From NCBI GenBank assembly GCA_963748975.1, contig CAVVKX010000032.1, forward strand, positions 7,860 to 71,859: a DNA stretch of 64,000 bases, given 5' to 3'. The position numbers and the translations under genes were made by a program. The DNA is from an uncultured Parachlamydiaceae bacterium. Lineage in GTDB: Bacteria > Chlamydiota > Chlamydiia > Chlamydiales > Parachlamydiaceae. Under the pieces are notes generated by a model. It saw only the letters and a list, made by a program, of their open reading frames with translations. It made no database searches and had not been told where the DNA came from. Each line of letters opens with the position of its first letter. Position 1 is the stretch's first letter. Below, piece after piece: positions 57,718 through 64,000 of this stretch.

Positions 57718-59184
57718 TTATTTTTCCTGTTTACTCTCTTCATTCTGAGAAGTTTTCAAAGTGTTGTCAAACTTGACCGGTTCAGGAGAAGCTGGAACAA
57801 GTTCTTCTTCTTTTTTAACCGGAACGATCTTTTCACTTTTTGGCTCAATCCTCAAATCTTTTGGCAAATTTGCAATCATTTTTAAATGTTGCAACTTTTG
57901 TACCATTTCTAATTTATCTTTCAATTCCTTGGATAGATCCGCTGCTGCCAAAGTTAAATCTTTTGGCGGTTCAGCCCAGATTTTCCACTTTCCATTTCCT
58001 TCTGCCTGACTTTTCAGAACACCCATAGTAGTATCTGGAGCACCATATTCTTGATGCACACCTTTGTAATCATCGAAAACGAGTTTAGTAATTATTTCAT
58101 TGCCTTGGGGTTCGAGCAATTGCGAGTCTTTCCAATTCATATCGAAAGTTTGAATACGTTTTTTTTCGGCAGTTTGATCTAAAAATTGATCGAATTCGAC
58201 TTGCATTCTGAAAATACCAATATCTTTTCCACTTCCACAATAGGTTGAATAGTGGACAACAATGGCGTTGGCCGAGACTGAAATGATCGATTGGCTATGC
58301 TTTCCATGTTCATGTTTGACTAATAATTTGGGTGTTTTTGACGTGTCTATAGTCCAACCCTGTTCCGGTCGAACAACAAAGGTGTCCTCATGCCAACTTA
58401 CTGGATACCAAGTATTGCCATTGATGACGACTTCTGGAGATAGCGTATGCGCAGTATGATGTTCCGTCACTTGAGCTGTATATTCGACTGCTCCCATTCC
58501 TGCCTGTCTGGGCAATGCACCTAGCCCTACTCGATAATCATTTTGAGTTTTATGAGACCAGACATACCCATCATCCCAAGGCACTGTCAATTGTCCTGTC
58601 CTGAATGAATACTTTTCTTTTGCTGCATCTTCAAAAGCACTTTGCGGAACTTGGAAAGTCAGTGATTGAGTATTAGAATCAGCCAGATAACACGGCTTAT
58701 TAGCAAAGACCAAGGAAGCTTCAAAACCTGGCTTGGCGGAACAAGGGAAATTTCCTTTAAAGACCACGAAAGACTCACTAGCCACATCGTTTATAATAAT
58801 ATAACGAGGTTTGACACTGCTCAATTGTGGCTTGCTGGAACTAAAAATAAAAGAGTTTGCAAGTTGCTGCGCACTGGTCAGAACCTCTTGTAAATCATTA
58901 TCAAGGCCACCTTGGAATTTTTGTACCATTGATCCTAATCGATCAAAAGCATCCTTTGCTTGTTTATTGACTTTATCCAATGTGTAGTCTAATTGATCTT
59001 TATAGGCATTCTTGACTTGCTCAATAGCTCTACTCAATTCTTCCCCAGCTTCAATTTCCAATTCCATACCGGCATTTTTAAAAGAGTCAGCAGCCTGCTG
59101 AATGCTATCGTTGACCTGATTAAAAAGCCCTCCTAATAGTGTTCCATATACATCAAGTTGTGGACTTCGTGCTAATGGTTCCAT
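57718..59184 (-). CDS. Hypothetical protein (helical N-terminus, beta-rich C-terminus)
   Basis: 488-aa ORF from an ATG preceded by GGAGG. Confidence 0.8.
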   Translation of the reverse strand: MEPLARSPQLDVYGTLLGGLFNQVNDSIQQAADSFKNAGMELEIEAGEELSRAIEQVKNAYKDQLDYTLDKVNKQAKDAFDRLGSMVQKFQGGLDNDLQEVLTSAQQLANSFIFSSSKPQLSSVKPRYIIINDVASESFVVFKGNFPCSAKPGFEASLVFANKPCYLADSNTQSLTFQVPQSAFEDAAKEKYSFRTGQLTVPWDDGYVWSHKTQNDYRVGLGALPRQAGMGAVEYTAQVTEHHTAHTLSPEVVINGNTWYPVSWHEDTFVVRPEQGWTIDTSKTPKLLVKHEHGKHSQSIISVSANAIVVHYSTYCGSGKDIGIFRMQVEFDQFLDQTAEKKRIQTFDMNWKDSQLLEPQGNEIITKLVFDDYKGVHQEYGAPDTTMGVLKSQAEGNGKWKIWAEPPKDLTLAAADLSKELKDKLEMVQKLQHLKMIANLPKDLRIEPKSEKIVPVKKEEELVPASPEPVKFDNTLKTSQNEESKQEK

Positions 59185-59360
59185 AGAAACCTCCATAATT
59201 AAGTGCATCATTAAATTTGATAACTAATTACACTGGTGTTTTTCAGTTTTTCGTTCTCTGACTGCTCTCGAAGAGGATGCCAGATAATAAAAATCTTCAA
59301 ATACACACTCTTTTTTTCAACCTATTTTTAATTTCTGTCAATTGAAAATTTAATGCGTTA

Positions 59361-59777
59361 GGGGGTTATTGCATTAATCACACTAAGTCTACGACTTTGT
59401 AGCATAGTTCACCACAAGAGTACACATGAGAACACAGAGAGGATTATGAAAAACCTAAAACTAGGCTACAATGAATTCTCTTTCTGTTTATATTCATTCC
59501 AGTTGCGAATAAGATATTTTGCTCTCATCGTGTACTCTATTTTGATGAACAAAAAATTAGAGCATTAGGTGTTTGTCGACAAGTTCACATTTGACTTTTT
59601 GGAGAAACTAATGGATCTTACTCACGAATCTGAAATTAAAAAAGTAAACAATCAAAAACGAGATGATCCTCTGACGGGAAGAATCAAAGGTGCCGCAATA
59701 GAAATGCATCGAAGATTAGGGCCAGGCTTACTTGAGTTAACATACGAGAACTCAGTGGTGATTAATGCAATAACACC
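59361..59777 (+). pseudogene. Truncated GxxExxY (PD-(D/E)XK-like) gene within ~25-bp inverted repeats
   Basis: LTGRIKGAAIEMHRRLGPGLLELTYEN breaks off at ~59750; GGGTTATTGCATTAATCAC (59363) is inverted as GTGATTAATGCAATAACACC (to 59777). Confidence 0.8.
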
Positions 59778-59779
59778 TT

Positions 59780-60994
59780 TTATTTGGTGAGAGATTTTTT
59801 TATTTTGTGCCAAAATTGCGGTAAAGCAGCATGTTGAGTGATAACTTTATAGGGTTTTCTCATCACAACTGTTTCTGTAATGGGTATTTTTCCTGCTAAA
59901 GCTATCACATGGCCCACAGTGGTTAAATCATTAGGAATGACATTTTTAACACCATATTTATTTTCCAAAATGACTAGCAAGGATTGTAAATCCAATGAAT
60001 CCAAACCCAAATCCCTACCAAGGGACATGTCAAAGTCCATTTGATGAGGCCCTATATGTGACTTTTCATACAAGAAATTTAAAATATCTTCGCGGACATC
60101 TTCCGGCACATCGTCAAGATTAAAATTAAAGCGTTTTTCCTCAAACTCATGTTCTACATACTCATCTTTCCAAAAATATTCAGGGACGCGATAAATAGGC
60201 TCACCATAAATGCCCCAGCCATAGTTAAGAATATGTTCCATATATTTATTTATTTCAACACGTGTCCCGTTTCTTGGAAAATCCTTTGGTGCTGGGATAA
60301 ACTCCAGTTCAACATGACGCTTAGGCATAAAAAATATGCCATTTTTAAGAATGGATTTAATAAAGTTTTTGAAGACTTCGGCAAGATGGGTGCCTAGTGT
60401 ACCCGGTGTTTTATATATTGTTTTGTAGGCACGAGAAAAGCGACTACCCCAAAGCCCTTTAATGCGTACAAAAACAATATTCACATGGGGATACATCTTT
60501 AATATAGAGCTAACTGCCGATTTACCTTTCATCAAGTTTTTCGGATAGTATTTGGCGTGGGCAGCGGGAAAAATGATGAAATTATGACCTGCTTTTAAGC
60601 CATCAACTGTGCGGACAACCAGCTTATGGATAGAATGCAAATGTTCTTCGGTTTTAATCACATCTTCCGCTGCAGGAACCCAAATAAAATTAAACAAATC
60701 CCGTCTTTTTTTGCACCAATTGAAGTAAGGCAGATTTTTCACTACTTCTGATGTCCACACATTGACATAAAGACCGTGCTCCACAAGCTCATAAACAATC
60801 ATATTTCCATCGATATGACTAGGATGGGCTGGTAAAATCAACCATCCTCCTTTAGGATCTGTCGGTTTAGGCAGGTCTAAATTTTCAATGCCCTTGAGAT
60901 GAATTTTGTATCTTAAACGGAAACCATAATGATGAAAAACATAAAAAATAAATCTGTCAAACCGTGCCTTGATGGATTTGAAAAACTCTAACAT
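59780..60994 (-). CDS. PlsC-like acyltransferase fused to a C-terminal acyl-carrier domain
   Basis: HPSHID (HxxxxD), IIFPA, GLWGSRFS; DLGLDSLD phosphopantetheine site. Confidence 0.82.
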   Translation of the reverse strand: MLEFFKSIKARFDRFIFYVFHHYGFRLRYKIHLKGIENLDLPKPTDPKGGWLILPAHPSHIDGNMIVYELVEHGLYVNVWTSEVVKNLPYFNWCKKRRDLFNFIWVPAAEDVIKTEEHLHSIHKLVVRTVDGLKAGHNFIIFPAAHAKYYPKNLMKGKSAVSSILKMYPHVNIVFVRIKGLWGSRFSRAYKTIYKTPGTLGTHLAEVFKNFIKSILKNGIFFMPKRHVELEFIPAPKDFPRNGTRVEINKYMEHILNYGWGIYGEPIYRVPEYFWKDEYVEHEFEEKRFNFNLDDVPEDVREDILNFLYEKSHIGPHQMDFDMSLGRDLGLDSLDLQSLLVILENKYGVKNVIPNDLTTVGHVIALAGKIPITETVVMRKPYKVITQHAALPQFWHKIKKSLTK

Positions 60995-61056
60995 ATAAAA
61001 CCAAGTTTTAATAAAAAGTCTTTAACACCTTTATATTAACATATTTTTTATATATT

Positions 61057-62691
61057 TCACAAATCGTCGAGCCAATCCCTGAGCTCCTTCCAATCAGCTT
61101 CTGAAATCTGTTGTGATTTAGCTAATAGAGGAACTGTTTTTAACCAAGCCTCCCTTTCCCAAATAACAGTCTGAGGGCTTTTTTCAGGATGATGACATAA
61201 ATAAAGATCGAAAGCTTCTTCAGGATTTGTTTTACAATAATCAATGCTTTCTTGCATGGCTTGTTTAAAGACATCAAATTTTTGTGGATCCCCCTTTCCC
61301 ACAAAGACTAATTCGCAATAAGGAGGATGGCCAAATTGCGCAACCTTAAAATGCGAAGTATTAATATTCAATGACTTAAGATGTTCCGTTTCAATATTCC
61401 AAAAAGCCCCATAAATGACATCGACTTGGTGTGTACCTAATAGAGTCACCAAGTCAAAATTAATGTTTCTCAATTCTTTTGGAACAATCCAATTAAATTT
61501 TAATAACCTTTCTAAAACTAAAAAGTCATTCCCTGCAACACTATAACCAATCACTTTTCCCGATAAGTCTTTGGGATGGACAATCCCTTCATTTTGACGA
61601 AAAATGAAGCTATTAAGTGGTTCATCAATCAAAACTCCAGCAATTTGTAATTCCGCTCCATTTTTATTAGCTCTAAAAACATCAGGCATATAAAACAAAG
61701 CAAGCTCCGCCTGTCCCGAAGTAATGTAGGGGACTGTATCACTGGGATCATTTATCTCTATGACTTTTAAGTGGATTTGATGCTTTTCAAAGATTTTCTT
61801 TTCTATACCGGCATAGATGGGCACATGATTGCTGTTGGGTAACCAATCCAATAATAGACGTGTAGGCATTAGCGTGATAGGCTCGTTAGAGCTAGGTGAA
61901 ACCATCACAATCATTCCTAAGAGACCCAAAACCCCGAAAGAAAATAGTTTTATGGACTTATGTTTTTTATATCTATTTTCAGCATAGGCAATAGCGGCAT
62001 AAAGCACCAAACTTATGATGATAAGAAAAAAAAGTGCTCCAAAAGTTACTTCAAGATCAGTTTCCCGACGGCTTTTTAGCATTAAAACACCCAAGCCCGA
62101 TTGCGCTCCGGCCCATTCCCCAGCAATGGCACCTATCCCTGCAAATGCGGCTGCGATACGAAATCCGGCAAAGATATGCGGCATTGAATAGGGAAGCTGC
62201 AATTTGGAAAAGGTCTGCCATGCAGTCGCCTGATTGATTTTAAAATATTCCAAAAGACTTTTTGGTGTGCTTTGTAAGCCTTGATAGATATTCATTGTGA
62301 GAGGAAAAAAGATCATAAGAGCTGTTGGAATAATGATGGCAATATAAGACCAACCGAACCAAAACACCATAATGGGAGCCAATGTGAACATGGGGATAGA
62401 CTGAAGGATAACAAAAAGCGGCTGCATAAACCCACTCAGTGATTTCCAAAGGTACATCAACCAAGCGAAAGGAAAGGCTATGGCCAAAGCTAACGTAAAA
62501 CCCCCGGCCATTTCTCTCAAAGTCACTTTAGAATTTGTTATAAAAATATCATAAGAGTCCCAGATCCTGACCAGAATGGAAGAAAGCGGGGGAAGAATAA
62601 AACGATACTCGGCAAAATGCGTGCTGGCTAATTCCCAAAGGCAGCATAAAACAATAAAAGATGCAAGGGTCACAAAAAAAGTTATTTTCAT
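61057..62691 (-). CDS. Fused ABC permease plus NMT1/THI5-like substrate-binding protein
   Basis: TM permease with LQLPYSMP and AIAGEW, then LLDWLPNSNHVPIYAG (NMT1 start motif). Confidence 0.9.
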   Translation of the reverse strand: MKITFFVTLASFIVLCCLWELASTHFAEYRFILPPLSSILVRIWDSYDIFITNSKVTLREMAGGFTLALAIAFPFAWLMYLWKSLSGFMQPLFVILQSIPMFTLAPIMVFWFGWSYIAIIIPTALMIFFPLTMNIYQGLQSTPKSLLEYFKINQATAWQTFSKLQLPYSMPHIFAGFRIAAAFAGIGAIAGEWAGAQSGLGVLMLKSRRETDLEVTFGALFFLIIISLVLYAAIAYAENRYKKHKSIKLFSFGVLGLLGMIVMVSPSSNEPITLMPTRLLLDWLPNSNHVPIYAGIEKKIFEKHQIHLKVIEINDPSDTVPYITSGQAELALFYMPDVFRANKNGAELQIAGVLIDEPLNSFIFRQNEGIVHPKDLSGKVIGYSVAGNDFLVLERLLKFNWIVPKELRNINFDLVTLLGTHQVDVIYGAFWNIETEHLKSLNINTSHFKVAQFGHPPYCELVFVGKGDPQKFDVFKQAMQESIDYCKTNPEEAFDLYLCHHPEKSPQTVIWEREAWLKTVPLLAKSQQISEADWKELRDWLDDL

Positions 62692-62798
62692 GTACGAAGT
62701 ATAGACAATTTAGTAAAGATTGTGAAGATGTCTTTGCACTTTTCTGATCATCAGTGCTATATTGTTTTGTAAATCTATGTTACAAAAGAGACTTTTAA

Positions 62799-64000
62799 AT
62801 GAGCCATACAGAAACTGATAATCAAGAACTTCCAAAATCCTATGATGCGAAAAGTGTGGATGCTAAATGGTTTAATTTTTGGAATAGTAACAATTATTTT
62901 AAAGCCGACGCCGGAAGTTCTAAAGCTCCTTATTGCATAGTCATCCCCCCTCCAAATGTCACCGGCAGTCTTCATATGGGCCATGCACTCACGAACACAT
63001 TGCAAGATGTTCTCATTCGTTGGAAACGTATGTCCGGATTTGAAGCCCTGTGGGTTCCAGGAACAGATCATGCCGGTATATCAACGCAAACAGTTGTGGA
63101 GCGACATTTAATCAAAACTACAGGTAAAAAGCGTAAAGACTTTAGCCGTGAAGAGTTCTTACAACATGTATGGCAATGGAAAGAAGACAATGAAAATCGC
63201 ATCATTAGTCAGCTGAAAAAAATCGGCTGTTCTTGCGATTGGTCACGCTTACGCTTTACCTTAGATGATGGTAATAACCTGGCCGTGAAAACCATGTTCA
63301 AAAAGCTTTTTGATGAAGGAGTCATTTATCGTGGCGATTATCTTGTCAACTGGGATCCAGTCACACAAACCGCCATTGCTGATGATGAAGTCGAATATGA
63401 AGAAAAGCAGTCATTTTTGTGGTTTTTTAAATATCCTTTAAGCGATGGATCTGGCTTTGCAAGCATAGCGACAACAAGACCTGAAACCATGCTAGGCGAC
63501 ACCGCCATCGCCGTTTCCCCGAAAGACGCGCGTTATACCGGCATGGTCGGGAAAACAGTCCATCATCCCCTGACCAATCAGCATATTCCTATTATTACAG
63601 ATTTTCTTATTGATCCAGAATTCGGCACAGGAATGGTCAAAATCACACCCGCCCATGACCCGAATGACTACCAAATGGGGCTGACACATAATCTTCCTTT
63701 CATTAACATGATGACTCCAGATGGCAGAATTAATGAAAATGGTGGACAATTTGCCGGATTGAGCATGAAGGAGGGGCGTCAAGCTGTGATTGATGAAATG
63801 CAACGTTTAGGATTGCTGGAAAAAGCTGTCCCTCATCTAAACAGAGTGGGTGTTTCCTATCGCTCAAAAGCAGTTATCGAACCTTACATGTCGAAACAAT
63901 GGTTTGTCAAAATGGAGGGTTTTGCCAAAAAGCTTCGTTCTGCGGTAGCAGAAGGTCATGTCAGGCTCATACCCAAAAATTGGGAAAACACTTATTTCCA
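62799..64000 (+). CDS. valS: Valine-tRNA ligase (5' part; runs off the window)
   Basis: MSHTETDNQELPKSYD..., PPPNVTGSLHMGHAL, PGTDHAGISTQ, ATTRPETMLGD, VKITPAHDPND. Confidence 0.96.
   Translation, partial: MSHTETDNQELPKSYDAKSVDAKWFNFWNSNNYFKADAGSSKAPYCIVIPPPNVTGSLHMGHALTNTLQDVLIRWKRMSGFEALWVPGTDHAGISTQTVVERHLIKTTGKKRKDFSREEFLQHVWQWKEDNENRIISQLKKIGCSCDWSRLRFTLDDGNNLAVKTMFKKLFDEGVIYRGDYLVNWDPVTQTAIADDEVEYEEKQSFLWFFKYPLSDGSGFASIATTRPETMLGDTAIAVSPKDARYTGMVGKTVHHPLTNQHIPIITDFLIDPEFGTGMVKITPAHDPNDYQMGLTHNLPFINMMTPDGRINENGGQFAGLSMKEGRQAVIDEMQRLGLLEKAVPHLNRVGVSYRSKAVIEPYMSKQWFVKMEGFAKKLRSAVAEGHVRLIPKNWENTYF

Noticed and set aside
62775-63803. Minus-strand ORFs 62775-63071 and 63492-63803
   Set aside because: Antisense to valS, which the ORF track missed because it runs off the window.

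Overview
AT-rich chromosomal segment of an environmental Chlamydiota (Parachlamydiales-like), judged from the chlamydial gene order infA-tRNA-Thr-tuf-tRNA-Trp-secE-nusG-rplKAJL-rpoB-rpoC and from chlamydia-type accessory genes. Other housekeeping genes are a SNF2 helicase, ogt, a ferredoxin, pheT, a VIT1 transporter plus P1B ATPase, a large NAD-glutamate dehydrogenase, sufE, a tyrP-like permease, an M24 peptidase, an ABC importer and valS (partial). The essential genes at about 35-45.5 kb are full of 1-nt indels, most likely consensus errors. Main observations: (1) a 676-bp, 99%-identical direct duplication of the rpoC 3' end plus terminator (30296-30971 and 32809-33484) brackets an integrase-free 1.8-kb cassette. 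The cassette holds one unknown 293-aa gene translationally coupled to two diverged paralogous small helical genes, a toxin plus double-immunity layout. (2) A tandem array of four ~60-aa paralogs, three with their own sigma-54 (-24/-12) promoter. (3) A ~10-kb block of candidate secreted or Inc-like effectors downstream of rpoC. (4) Several families of intergenic inverted-repeat elements, two still carrying deleted remnants of a Y1 transposase or a GxxExxY nuclease gene. (5) A PI3/PI4-kinase-like protein with altered catalytic residues, a DUF2760-Hsp70 pair and an acyltransferase-ACP fusion. No CRISPR array, rRNA or prophage was seen.
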